Assembly: GCA_977020255.1 (NCBI GenBank)
Contig: CDROCS010001566.1
Location: forward strand, 62,001-126,000
Length of the DNA: 64,000 nt
Reading direction: 5' to 3'
Source of the DNA: Obrimoposthia wandeli
Lineage: Eukaryota
The position numbers were made by a program, and so were the translations under genes. Within the stretch, counting starts at the first letter, position 1. Each line of letters opens with the position of its first letter. This document shows, piece by piece, positions 44,601 through 58,063 of this stretch. The notes beneath the pieces were generated by a model. It had not been told where the DNA came from. It did no database searches and worked only from the letters and a program-made list of their open reading frames with translations.

Positions 44601-47600
44601 CTTTAAAATACCTAAAGAAGTCTTTTCATTTGTGTAAATTCCGTTTCATGTTTATAAGACTCGTGAATTTTCGTCAAGCGTAAATAATATAACCAATAAT
44701 GTTGAGAGACAAGTACAATTAGAATTGATTTATTGAGTTCAGATATGTGCTTTTGTTATTAGCATTTTCTTATGGTAATACTTTTTATTTACACCCTGTA
44801 TAGTACAGTGTATACTGCAGTGACGGAAGGGGCAATTAAGTATATAAATACATGTGAAAAACATTTTTACACTCTAAACATTTTTGACTTTATTGTGTGC
44901 ACGAATGCTTTTGTTTGTACTTTTGTAGGTTATATTATTTGGTTGTGAATTTTACTGATCGATCAGTTTATTTCGATTTCTAATTGGCAGCTTAGCTGCA
45001 TTCAAAATTGGAATATTAAAATATATTGATGTGTCAGAAAAATATTTTGATTCCAATATCTCGACTATAAATTTAAAATTCTTTCTATTAGCTTTCTTAA
45101 CAAGAAACGGCTCAAAATATGCTACCTTATACTGCATATACTACGAGATAATGTTTACTATCTAGAATTATCGGAGGGGTAAAATAATAACTGCTACGGT
45201 ATTTGTAGTATCCCAAACAATAAGCAATTATAGAAGGTAACCGATACATTTAGATTTCCCAGATGTAGGATCAATTTACTGTAAACTGTCGCCGCCACTA
45301 TACGCCCAACTACAATGTCTTCGCTTTTATTAATGACCATATCAAGAAACTATCAGAAACAGAGGTAAACTGCAACAGCTAGGTAGAATAATTGTGTTAC
45401 TCTGGATCCTTAGCTACTACAGCGTGATGGGGAATGAATGAGTACCAGTCGCTGCAACTTTGGGCATAGGCTCAGCACATAAACCCAGTATAAAAGGGTT
45501 CTTGGATGTTAACAAATCTTGCGCACCCAAAGAACGAGGACCATCGGACATGGTAGTACTGGAGAAGCATTGGCGAGGAGCTTAGGAGCAGCTGATCGAA
45601 AAGTGAACCTATTAGTTCCAAGATGTTTCATATGAGACACTGGCTAAAGCTTACGAGCTACTTCAAGTATATAGGGTTCCATGAGAAAAGATACTTAATG
45701 AAATAGTGCAGATTGCAATGCCAAAGTGAAATATATTTCAATAGATAGTTGACATCGAATACAAACATTATTCACTAAACAATTTTTAAAACTCGTTAGT
45801 TATAGTGTTAATTATTAGTCTACATTTTAAATTTAGATGTGTATAGAAATTGTTTAAATTTTCACAAGCATGCTCACAATATGTGGGAGAAAACAGATGC
45901 ATATCGTTAATGACGATTGAAACCCGTCTCTAAATTATAGTTTACTTTGTTTATTATATATTTGTATGTGTTTATAAGGAGCTGCCAGCTGCTAAAACAA
46001 TAAACATTATAGAAACAGTTCAATATATAGGCCAAATCTACGCGAGTCTCTTCTCCATGCCGTAACAAAGTGACAGTCTACTTCTATTATATTTTAAAAT
46101 TAGCTCACTATAGAGTTCATTTTACAGCTTACATGTCAGTATTGCGGGTACTATAGATGATTTTGGTGTGTGTTAGTATCTAATAAAATGCCTAGTACAA
46201 ATATAATTAATTATTAAAGAGCTCGATATGCTATTTAGAAAATGTGATATGCTATTTAGAAAATGTTCAGGATACTTAAGTACAATAATAATCATTATAG
46301 ATACCATAATAAGCTCATTATTACTTAAAATCAATCCCAGTCCTTGATTGTACCAACTGCCCCGAGACAAAAGATGACTCCGAATTTAGGATGGATATGT
46401 GTACAGAGATAGCATCAGGCGTCAATCTCGAAGCCAGTGCAACAGAACCTGAGGTCAAAGAGCCCAACCAACAATACGGGGGACTCAGCAGATGGCTCAG
46501 CTTGCCCCCAGCGTGGCGCGATGGAAGGAGTATGTATGTAATTACAGGCCCAACCTCTCACACACAAACATTCATCCCGTGCCGAGCCAGCGTGTCAGTC
46601 ATCTTATCAGTACGTCAGTATCCAGCACAATAGCCTCCGATGATAGCAGCGTACATTGTTAAGAGCTGCATTAGATGATAATAATCTGAACCATCAATAG
46701 CTACTGATGACAATGGGTCGCTGCAAAAGTCCCACCTCAAATATCTGGACTGATAAAAAACTTTTCTCATGCAATCAAATCGGGGGACACTTTCTCTCTA
46801 TTCAGACTTGTAATTACTTTATTAGTTCCACCCGTCAATTAAACAATCAAGACTGGAACAAATGCAAAATATAGCTTTGAACCGATTCCATAATCTGATA
46901 AAATGACAATAAGAAATTCCATTTGCAGTCTGGAAATGTTTAATCTTCAAACTGATACTTACTTGAAATAAAGAAGGAAAAATAAACAAAAACTTTTCAA
47001 ACAGAATTAAGTTGGAATATGAATCAATTGTGAGAAAATATTTTGAACACATGCTCTAACTGATAGAGTCTAACTGATATCTTTCAATGATATATTTGTC
47101 AATGAATTGTTGAGATGCGTTTATTTATATGGCATGATAATAAATTGAAAATATACAATTTTCTGAATAAAATTAACTATCATTATATTTAATTTATTTT
47201 AAAGTCAGAACTATTCTAATTTTAATAAATTATTTAAATATTTTTGAGGGTCATATGTTTAGATATTTAGGTCTTTAACTGTTCTTGGTTGCCTAAGTCT
47301 GATTTATATAGTAAAAAGCGTATTACAAAAACTAATTGTTTGTTATAAACACGTGTTCTCTAAACTTTTCAGAAACTTTATCAAAAGCTATACTATAAAA
47401 GAAAAATACTTTTGTTTCTTATAAAAAAAATCAAAGGTTTTTGGCTTTTACAATGTACATATATAGTCAAATCTAACAATAACTATTAAATATTTACAGT
47501 GTTATTAAAAATAAATAATTTATTTAAATTTAAACAGTCAATATTTTAGAAATAAATTATAACTACGATTATACACAAGAATCATATCATGTTAAATCTT

Positions 47601-47756
47601 TAAAAAATCCTTAGCATGTCCAATGCTCTTTACTTCTGTATTGTTAAGAAATATAATATGTATTTCCGTCTTTTCCATTTACCACTTTGTTTTTCTACTT
47701 TATGATTTTAATGACTAAAATTACATTTCTGAAATATAAATTCTTATTAATGAATT

Positions 47757-49140
47757 TGTTGGGGTTTCTAATTGAAACTAGATCCTCGTATGGATGTCCC
47801 CAGCTGGAGTTCTGTAGCAATAGGGCTTACATATGGATGTGGCCTATTTATTGGGTTTATCTTACTTACTTAGTCTCACCTCTGAAGGTTTTTGTGCTAA
47901 TGTGTTGTGGGGTGTGTAAAGTGTTGTGTTCACCAGATACTGAAAATGGTTTCCGCTAATGAAGTGTCGTGTGTAGAGGGATTCGTATTGTTCTATTCCT
48001 AGATGTGGTTAACCGAAATAACTCTATTCGATTTGTAGGAAAACGCTATATTATTTCACACTAACTAAAAAGATTTCAAAAAGTTGACAAGTAGATTGTC
48101 TTCTAATACTCGATTCAAACTCACTTTAAACAACGATGACCTTAGGCTAACGTATTGATTTTAATATCTACCTAGTGATTCAGAGATTGGGTTTTACGTT
48201 CCGTAGTTGCTGGCTTCCTATTTAATTTTAATCCGTCAAGTCCAAATTGAATGATTTACTTTTATTGAATATGACAACCTTACTTTTACTTCAATGTTAG
48301 GTCAACAACTTGTATTTGACTTCAAAGGCGTTATCGAAACCTACTTGTATTTCTAATTCAATATTATATCAATAATTTTTACTTTGAAACAACATTTAAT
48401 TCAAATGCAATGTTTACTTTGATGGTCAAAAACTAGTTTCAAATTTGATGTTTAAATAATTACAATACTGTCTTTACTTTTAACTACGCAACGTTCACTT
48501 TGATTTCAAAAGCTATTTTCAAATTTAATGTTTAATTCAATTCACACACTCCTCGCCGATGATCCTGATAGTCCCGGTGGCTTGGTTCCTCGTTCCTTGT
48601 CATGTCTCAGTTCCGTTAGTTGGACTCCGACACGGTCCACTTCAGTTCAAATGATTCCGAGACTCTTTGAAATTTCTCCACTGGTACTCCACTTGTCTTG
48701 TTAGGCTTACTTCTGAATTTTGTATTCGTTATTCGATACTCTTATAGTCGAAATTACCTTTGTTTGCTTCTTCGATTGTGGGTTCGCGGCTGCTGGTTTA
48801 TCGAAATCTATTTTCCAATGATTTTCACAATTGAGTCCAAACTTCAGATTTTCTGCCATTGAACACTCTAATTTTGTGTTTCTACTTTTATGTGGATCGA
48901 CTAATCGATTCACTCGATTTGTTAATGGATTTTTCCTTTTAGTAAGTTGTTGCAGCTGCAAATTCGTAGACAGCACTTATCTTATCGTCGATTAATGCCG
49001 GTTGGTGTTGATCCCGCGATTCGTTAATTAATCTTTTTACCACTTGATTTTTCAGTTTCTTATTTGTGTCGTTAATTTGACTTTAACTTACCTATATATA
49101 ACGCAACACACATGCCTTCTTCAAAGTCCTAAAATATTTT
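47757..49140 (-). repeat. ~1.5 kb repeat family, copy B
   Basis: TGTTGGGGTTTC end, GAGTTCTGTAGCAATAGGGCTTACA...GTGGCCTAT core and GGACTTTGAAG leader. Confidence 0.7.
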
Positions 49141-49779
49141 GGTTTTGTTATTTTTGATTTAATTTTATTATTTTTAATTTTTATTTAACCTTTAATTCAA
49201 GGTTTCCTTTTTTCTATAAATAGTTAATTTTCAGTTTTATAAATTCCTAATCTTAACAAAAAACCTATATAAATGAAATGAAGACAATTGAAAATGAATA
49301 AAAATAAAACTGAGGCTGTATTTTTTGGATTTAATAATAATTAAAACCCTGTATTAAATAAAAAAGAGTTTCAAATATGTCGGTGACGATATTTTTCAAT
49401 TAAAAAGTTTGAATAATACCAAATACAATAGAATTCAGAAGTATATTGACATTTATTTGCAAGAGTTCTTTTCTATATCGGAGACAGTTTTTATCAATCA
49501 TATAGAGGGAGAAAAATTCAAACATACACGCAACATACAATATTTTATACACATAAGTTGTTTTCATATGGTTATCTAATTGTGTACTTAGTAAGTTACG
49601 TTTTATTATAATATTGCATAATTATTTAATTTAAGTGAAAATTATATTGATACTACACCATATAAAATGTTAAATTAATCCTAATAAAAAGTTAAATAAC
49701 AACATTGGTTATGTCTTCCATGAAAACATTACAATTAATTGTAAAATTAGTAAAGTGATAAGAATATGCAACAGTTATA

Positions 49780-50660
49780 TCAAAAAGATTTATCTAATAA
49801 GAAAATACCCTACCACTGAAATAACTACAATGCCAAAGCATGCGATTTTTACATAAGGACTTGATTTTCTAAATTCTTTACTGTTTAATATTCCACCTTT
49901 TCAATTAAATTGCATGCAAAACATTTTAAACAAAATCGTTAAAATTATATTCAAACTTGCAAAAAATGATAGTACAAGTGAACATTTAAAGATGCTCCAT
50001 TTGTTACCGATTAATGCCAGAATTGAATTCAAGTTTCTACTTTTTATCAAAAAAAAACAACCAAAAGCCAACTATCTACATGATCTTCTTGACCATAGTG
50101 AAGTGAGTATGCGTATGCACAGGCCCTGTAAGAGCCACTTGGAGGCTCATGTCAGGTAATAAATGTGGCTCTCTTTATACTGAAAACAAAGTAAAATTTG
50201 TACGTTTTTATTGGCAATTAGTTGTTCAACGAAAAAAAATATTTGAGGGAAGTGAAAGTAGAATTACTCCAAAAATTAAGGCCTCTCATAGTTGTATTAG
50301 ATTTAATTATAAGGATATTTTTTGTTGCTCTACATAAAAATATTAAATAATTTGTTAAAATAGTTTGCATAGTTTGCTATACAATTTATATCTAAATTTT
50401 GGAGGCCCTTTGAATTCAGAGGCCCATGTCAAACGACCAATTGTCCCTCTCTTACAGGCCCTGCATATGCATATTAGGAGCAACGATGATTACTGTAGAT
50501 TAATTAATAAATTAACCAAATAACAAATACAGTGATGTACTAATTTAAAATTTTTCCCAGAATCTTTACAACAATCTACTGATAAATAGAACCCTTAATA
50601 ATGTTGAAAAATTCAAGAAGCAAGTGAAGACTTTACAATTTAGAAAATTTTACAAAGAAA
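49780..50660 (+). mobile_element. CR1/L2-like LINE 3' fragment interrupted by a hAT MITE
   Basis: Colinear with 61830-62300; LHLLPINARIEFK motif. Confidence 0.75.
50120..50463. mobile_element. hAT-type MITE with 8-bp TSD
   Basis: TIRs CAGGCCCTGTAAGAG / CTCTTACAGGCCCTG (14/15); flanks CGTATGCA / CATATGCA; empty site GTATATGCAA at about 62130. Confidence 0.85.
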
Positions 50661-50730
50661 AATGGAAAGCTGAAAACGCGTTTGAGTAACAAGTCATAGA
50701 TTTATTAAACATTGCGCTATTTTAATTATA

Positions 50731-51336
50731 TTATTGTTACTATAATTATTGTAGATATTTGTAATAAATTCTACATGCAGTTGTTATTGATCCAGACACA
50801 TATTTGTAATTTCAAAGTTGCATTGTTAGAAGAACATTGTCAAGTTTGAATAGGCTTCAAAAAATTGTTAATTTAACTTTATTAAAGTGGAGACAAAAAG
50901 ACCAATAAGTATTAAAAACTTATTATGCACAAACTTTACACTACTCGTAAATCTAAACAAATTATGGAAGTAGTATATCACATGAAAAATACTACCTACA
51001 AAAACAACACAATTATAAATTGTAATGAATATATAAATTATTGTTACTATAATTATTGTAGATATTTGTAATAAATTCTACATGCAGTTGTTATTGATCC
51101 AGACACATATTTGTAATTTCAAAGTTGCATTGTTAGAAGAACATTGTCAAGTTTGAATAGGCTTCAAAAAATTGTTAATTTAACTTTATTAAAGTGGAGA
51201 CAAAAAGACCAATAAGTATTAAAAACTTATTATGCACAAACTTTACACTACTCGTAAATCTAAACAAATTATGGAAGTAGTATATCACATGAAAAATACT
51301 ACCTACAAAAACAACACAATTATAAATTGTAATGAA
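50731..51336. repeat. Near-perfect tandem duplication, 307-bp period
   Basis: Copies start at 50731 and 51038. Confidence 0.95.
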
Positions 51337-51719
51337 GATTTTAGATTAGTTTATATTAGGTCACAAAAAATTACTGAGTTGGCTTAATTTAATTTATCTC
51401 CAATTTATAATTTGTATACTTATAACTGAAATTTAGCTTCAAATATAATTGTTAAATATTGAAAGTTTAAGAAATTACTTCTGGTAGGCCGCATTTATTG
51501 AGCTAAACTTATATTCTTCGCTGAAAAAAGATATTGTCTAGAAGGGTTAAATGGATAAAATCATTATTGCTACGATGAAAGATTTAGAAAATTAACTTCT
51601 GACAAATGGAGCTTTATAAAATATGTAATAATGCGCATGATATCAAATTCAGGATACATTACATTATAATTCATCGATGCAAAACCAAATAAGACGGAAT
51701 ATGTTTATGCCAAATAATT

Positions 51720-51930
51720 TTCACTTCCAGTGAGATAACGCAAGGCCACACGTCGCTAAATATACTATCTTGGTTAGATGAAAATAATACTGCTAATTCT
51801 AATTCCACATACGTCAATATTTTAAAAATAATTTGGGAAATTTTCTCAAATAAAATTTACACGAATAATTCTAATTACGAAGACGTTGAAAGCTTGAAAG
51901 GCGCAATTATAAAGGAGTGAAATCGGTTAA
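51720..51930 (+). pseudogene. Tc1/mariner transposase relic
   Basis: FQ*DNARPHVAK motif. Confidence 0.45.
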
Positions 51931-52553
51931 CTGTAAACGGTTCATTTTTGATTAAATGAATGTTGTTACTTCAGCTTTTTGTTTATATTATGTGAAAATA
52001 TGTCATATGGATATATTTGGGACAATTTAATTTTAGAAATTTATTATTTCGTTTTATTAATATAGCTAAGCAGAACTTAAGAAAATATGTCTTTCAATGA
52101 AAATAAACATTAATGTTATCTCGAACATATTTAAATTTCTAGTTAGTACAGTATAAATTTGTAAGAGTCCATACAGAAATCCTGATATGGTAGACATAGC
52201 ATACATACAGGTTTTGCCAGAATCTGCAATTTGTTTTGTTAGGTTATTTATTTTATTTAAAAAATATTTACCTGTACTCTAATTATTTATTTTAATTGTT
52301 TGGTTAGAAATGTCTAAATTTTACAAACCCTGTAACTTTCTATTTTATGAATATTCCTCAAATATTGTTTTTACATTTTATGGTATACTTGCTGAAATAG
52401 TTTCATAAAAGAGATAGCCACATGTTTATTTGAAATATTTAAAACTACAAATCGAAATACCCAAGAGACAAAACAATTTTAACGGGTACTCCTTAATTTC
52501 GATTAATCTTCTTTGAGAGCTTGGTATCAGAACACACACAGAGACGCACCGAC

Positions 52554-52830
52554 CTTGAGTCGCTGCTCGTCGTTCAGATTGACTCCAGTTCCGGCAGAAC
52601 CCGGCTCGGAGGTGAGTTCGTCGCACGAGACAGCAAGCAGCACGCAGGCGGCCGTGTGTCTCGCGATTCCGGAGCATCGACCAGACACAGTGCAGACCCT
52701 TGTGCGCACCATCTGACCACCGAGACCACAGCTGCGACTGCATACCGTCCAGGGCGACCAGGATGACCACTCCGGTCGACGAGGTGGCACCTCACAGTCG
52801 CGGCCGGAGAAACCCGCAATACAGGTGCAG
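52554..52830 (-). CDS. Host gene exon: end of an EGF domain + thrombospondin type 1 repeat
   Basis: GTCAG|C TGC ACC TGT acceptor; CTCIAGFSGRDCE and WSSWSPWTVCSRSCGLGGQMVRTRVC; donor AAG|GTCGGT; GC-rich island. Confidence 0.9.
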
Positions 52831-53829
52831 CTGACACAGACCGGGAGAACTGACTTATTTGGGAGCACAAATACGAGACGTTCAACGAATTGTAGTACTA
52901 CAGATTAAGCTAGAATTATATTTACTCTTTGTTGTTTAGTTTTCTAAAATTTAAAAAGAATTTTATTATGATAAAGCATTATATTTTAATTTCTTAAAAT
53001 AATTTTAATGGTATAGCCCGGGATAAACTGAAAGATTCGGCTTTTATTTTTGTACCAATATGAATTTAAAAATTGTTTCGTTTATTTTTTATGTTATAAA
53101 TACTATTTTCATACTCTGTTGTATTATTTTTATCAAATTTAGTTCATACAACTTGTATTTGAACTGGCTTGTATTTAAAGAAAAAAATCTTTAATTCGAT
53201 ATCAAAGCAATAAATCTGATAATTTTCCCAATGGAAAAACCCAACTGGGCCCCAGCATGAACATATTTTCAATTTTCAGGACACTGGGGAATAGCTGGAC
53301 ATTATTACTTCGGCACTACAAAAATATGCAGGAACAAATCCATTAATATATCCATTGCTCAATATTTGCCCAGAATTATCCAGCTCGTATTTTCAATTTG
53401 TCCAGTTAAATACGTTCTAAACTTGAGGCACATGTGAGCCTCAGTTAAACACCAGAAAGAAAAAAAATCTGCATTTAATGAACATTAAGCCGTGTCGAAT
53501 TAATCAACAAATGATTGATCGTCAGCCATAAAGCCAATGAGCTTTCTGTTGGGCATTTGTTAGAATATAGTTTTCTTGATATCCTGTTAAATTATAATTA
53601 TCTTCTTGCAGGCATAGCATACTTATTGCTATAAGGTGTGAGATTTGATACTGTTAGTTCAATTCAAATGGTATATGAACAATCTATCTTTTGTTATGTA
53701 CCTAAGTAAAACCATTAAAATTACGGTGTTTCTCGGCATGTGTTAAGACACCTGAAAACTAAATTTTGATTTTATACAGAGACTTTATATAAAACACAAT
53801 ATGTTATACATAGCTTTTATTCAACAATA

Positions 53830-54030
53830 TCCCCAAAATTATCGTCCCGCTCAAATTGTACAGTGGATAGCCGTTTAGCCATAAGAACAATCATGTCATC
53901 ATCGCCTTTCTTGTTGCTATTATCTGATCAGATCTGCCTCAATATCGTCCATTTCATTGCTGATACAGCATTTTTTTAAAGACCTGGTCACTGTATGAAG
54001 CAGTTCCATCCATGCTTTTAAGACTCACCT
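53830..54030 (-). pseudogene. pogo-like transposase C-terminal relic
   Basis: SLKKCCISNEMD resembles FKKCGISNALDG. Confidence 0.4.
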
Positions 54031-54703
54031 GTACACATTATTCATGAAATTGTCTCATATATTTGTATCGAGAGTACTTTCCAATCATAAAATCAGAGAA
54101 ATTGTAAGAAACTATTTAAATGAGCTACAATTAAGCTTAACTTAAATTTACTTTCAATTAAGTAAACATTCGAAATCACATTATTTTATGCTACTATTAA
54201 ATATTTTGTATTTCTTTTTAATATTTAAATTGAATTTTCGTTTACCTTTCTAAATTGCTTCACAAAATTTCCGTTTTCTCGTGTTATAAAAATTTTATTG
54301 AATAATTTTAAATACGATGCTATGTATTTTTGTTATTTTACTACAGTTCTAAGATGACACAAGTTTCTCCATTGTATTCTGCATTACACACATGACAGTT
54401 AAATTTGTAGATTAAATCGTATTGCATTAATAAAGGAACATGTGATTGTTTGCTGAAATAGTTAATAACTTTTTGATTTAAAATATTACTCTATGTTGAA
54501 TATTGAATTAGTTAAGAACAAAGTGTCAATGTGTTTTTTGCAATAATTTGCTATTTTAAAATTTTACTTTATGAAGTTGTTAGGATTGGGAATTGTATAA
54601 TTATTTAAATTAAAACTATTTATAAGAAAAATAGAACCCTGAAATAAAGGGCAAATAAAATAAAATAAATTAATTAACATTTTTAAATTAAAATAAAATC
54701 GAA

Positions 54704-56369
54704 TGTAATTAGATTAGAATAATTTTAGGACCTTGAGAGGTCGTGTTTGTTGTGTAAGTATATAAGAGTTTAAATTATAAGAAAGGCCCCCCATAAAGAA
54801 TTCAAATAAATTACGACAGTCAATTAAGAATAAGCAAGAAGAGAGAAGCACTTAAGGAAATAATACGCAGTCAATTAAGAAGAAGGTATCACAGAAAGGA
54901 AACGAAGAAGTCAAAGAAGTCAGGGACCAAGGGCTAGACGCTGGGAATCAAGCAGCCGTCCAGACATCAGCCATTAGAGAGCAGATTCGAGACAACTGAC
55001 GGTAAGTGGCATTTAGCTAAGTAATAGTAAGCTAATTGTCTTTTCAGGAATTCGATATAAAATGCGAGGAGTGATTTACAGAAAATCATTATTGGAAATA
55101 AGTGAAGTTCATAAAATGGAAAGTATAGATCTATATAAAAGACGAGAAGTGATTTACAGTAAAATTTAGCTAAGTACTATTAAGCTTATTGTCTTTTCAG
55201 GAATTCGATATAAAAGCCGATGAATTAATTTATAGTAAATTATTATTGGAAATAAGTGAAGTTCATAAAATGGAAAGTATAGATCTATATAAAAGACGAG
55301 AAGTGATTTACAGTAAAATTTAGCTAAGTACTATTAAGCTTATTGTCTTTTCAGGAATTCGATATAAAAGCCGATGAATTAATTTATAGTAAATTATTAT
55401 TGGAAATAAGTGAAGTTCATAAATTGGAAAGTACAGAAGGTATGGAAAAACTAACAAACTGCATAAAACCATAATTAAAGGAAAAATATGCAGACGCCAA
55501 ACTGGAACCCTCGACTTTTGAAAGGGGCTAGAAACCGAGGATTTTGTCAGAGGGATCAACGCATTGGATTTTGAGTACCAACCAGCAATAGGGGATAGAG
55601 TGATCTCGAAAAGAGATCACAGTGAGAGTTTTTTGTGAATTTATAATTTATAATTGATATTTTATTGTTTTAAGAAAACGTTTAACTTTTGCGACTTGAA
55701 ATCGATAATTTATCGTCTTAAAAAAAGTATAATTTTGTGAATTTATAATTGATTTTTGATCGTTTTAAAAAAACGTATAACTTTTGCGACTTTGAAATCG
55801 ATAATTTATCTTCTTAAAAAGAGTATAATTTTGTGAATTTATAATTGATAATTGATCGTCTTAAGAAAAAAGATAATTTTTGTGAATTTATAATTTATAA
55901 TTGTTTTGATCATTTTAAGAAAAAAAGGAGCTTTTAATTTTACTAAGCCACATTAAATACGTTAGATACGTTAGACTAAGGACATCCTCATTTAGTGTGT
56001 GTTTGAATAAAGTGTCATAGGATTAGTTGTCTGTTAATTTTTAGAAAACATATTTAGTGTTAAATAAATAATATATATTTCCTACAAACATGTAGCGTTA
56101 TATTGAACAACCCACATAGGATTAGAACGATATCAATCCATCCACACACCACACTACACTAAGGGAACTCTTTCAGTACATTGTGCACACAACTCTGTAC
56201 ACATCTCGCACTACACAAACACAAAACCTTCAGACTTGAGACTAAATTGAGTAAGATAAAATCTAAATAGGCCACATACATCTGTAAGCCCTATTGCTAC
56301 AGAACTCACGTTGGGGGCCTCCATAAGAGGATCTAATCGAATCGAAGCTTTCAATTAGAAACCCCAACA
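54704..56369 (+). repeat. ~1.5 kb repeat family, copy A (TG...CA ends) with internal tandem arrays
   Basis: Starts TGTAAT and ends CCCCAACA; about three 153-154 bp units at 55010-55440; shorter TTTGTGAATTTATAATT units at 55630-55920. Confidence 0.75.
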
Positions 56370-56418
56370 AAGTAATTTTTAATGGATCGATTGATTTGTG
56401 TAATTTAATTATGCTATA

Positions 56419-56462
<44 letters not shown>

Positions 56463-56465
<3 letters not shown>

Positions 56466-57374
56466 GGTGCGATCCGAAATTTCCCGGACTAATTAAGAAA
56501 GAAACAATCGATTGTGAAATGTTTTATCGTGTAAATATAAGGTTTATTAATAGTAATTAAAAGTATTTTAATTTTTTTAATTTATTGATTTTAATCTAAA
56601 TTTAAGGCTTATAAGTTAAATTATAATAAAATAAAGAAAATTGAGTATATATCGGTAAGAAGAATGACTTGTGCTTCCGAATGTTTAAAGGTTACTGAAC
56701 AATATAATGAAGTGTTCTAGAACAATATAATTACAGAATATGAAACTCCTTTATCCCTATATTTATCAGAAACAAAAAGGCAATCGGCTCAATGGAAAAA
56801 GAAGGATGACCAGCGTCCAAAATGTTAAAGACAGGAAATTCTCAAATACGACAATTGATGCTTTCTGATTTTTTGGAATAATAAAGGAGTTTTAAAGTTA
56901 GATTTCTTAGAGAATCCGTATACAATTAATGCTGAATATTATTTTGAGATCTTAAAGGAAGTTCGAAAGTGTACAAGAAAAATTAAAAATGTTCCTTTGT
57001 AGTAATTGCATGATAATGCACCAATCCATACGGCTAAGAAAACTTTAGAAACAATAATCAACTGTAAATTTGAATTTCTATCACATCCTCCATATAGCCC
57101 AGATATCGCTCCTAGCTACTTTATCTATTCCAGTGGATGAAAACGATTATTAGAGGTACTAAGTTTAGTGATTCTGAAGAGATCAAGGAAGCAGTTACTA
57201 CCTGGTTTAACTCTCAAGACGAAGCTTTCTTTTCAAAAGCCTCCCAGGAACTTCTTAATGGTTGGAATACAATTTTTGATGTTAACGGTTCATATATTAA
57301 AATAAAATATATTTGTTTTTTTTAATTCTTTTATTCTTTCTTAATTAATTTGGGACATTTTGGATGATACCATG
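56463..57374 (+). mobile_element. Mariner (DD34D-type) element, internally deleted, TA-flanked next to a (TA)n tract
   Basis: TIRs CATGGT..ATCC.AAAT.TCCC..A.TAATTAAGAAAGAA; motifs LHDNAPIH and HPPYSPDIAPS.FYLF. Confidence 0.92.
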
Positions 57375-57436
57375 TATATAAGGCGTTTTCGCAGGACCTA
57401 CAATGGGAAAGAACCCTCAAAATCTTTCATTCTCAC

Positions 57437-57553
57437 TTGTATGGAAGGGATCGCGGATTGAGTGGGTCAGGTGTCAGATCATGACAGACTCCGCCATGCT
57501 GACAAGGCATATCCATGCACTCGTCCACATTCATGCAACGCGGTTCGAAGTCA
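57437..57553 (-). CDS. Host gene exon: calcium-binding EGF-like domain (not in the ORF track)
   Basis: GGCAG| acceptor and AA|GTGAGA donor; DFEPRCMNVDECMDMPCQHGGVCHDLTPDPLNPRSLPY. The phase-2 end joins the 52830 exon to give YNCTCIAGFSGRDCE and completes the six-Cys EGF. Confidence 0.9.
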
Positions 57554-58063
57554 CTGCCAAGAAATGAGTATAGTCAATAAGATATTGATTTGCTGACTTG
57601 AGATTTTGACTAACCGTCCGTATAAAATCATATGAATAATTTTATTTTTATTCAAGTTTTGATATTAGATACAAAATCGGTAATATACTCTTTTTTGATA
57701 ATATTCTAATATTCGTCTAGCTTTAATTAAGAAAAATATATTAAGTTAGAGCAGAGGTAAATCTAGATTCAATTGTGTTTAGATTATCCATAGATGACTA
57801 GAATAAAATATTGAACGATTTTGAAGTTCAGCTTCAAACAAAATAGTAAAGAGTTTGCTATAGCTGATTATGATTATTTGTCTTAATTAACTTTCCTGGT
57901 GCTCTTTTCATAACGTGCTGAGAGAGGCTTTGTTAAAGCAGAAGTGGTTATAAAAGTAATCAAATTTATATGCATGATAAATATTTATTTTGAATACTTT
58001 TAGTTTTTTGCTAATTAAAATTTGATTGGCTAAATTTTTCTTCTTAAACTTTATAGTTGTATA

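Noticed and set aside
46703-46730. Hammerhead core CTGATGA
   Set aside because: No GAAA after stem II and no closing stems
52426-52885. Overlapping ORFs 52426-52770, 52513-52716, 52521-52766 and 52574-52885
   Set aside because: Alternative-frame shadows of the GC-rich EGF/TSP1 exon
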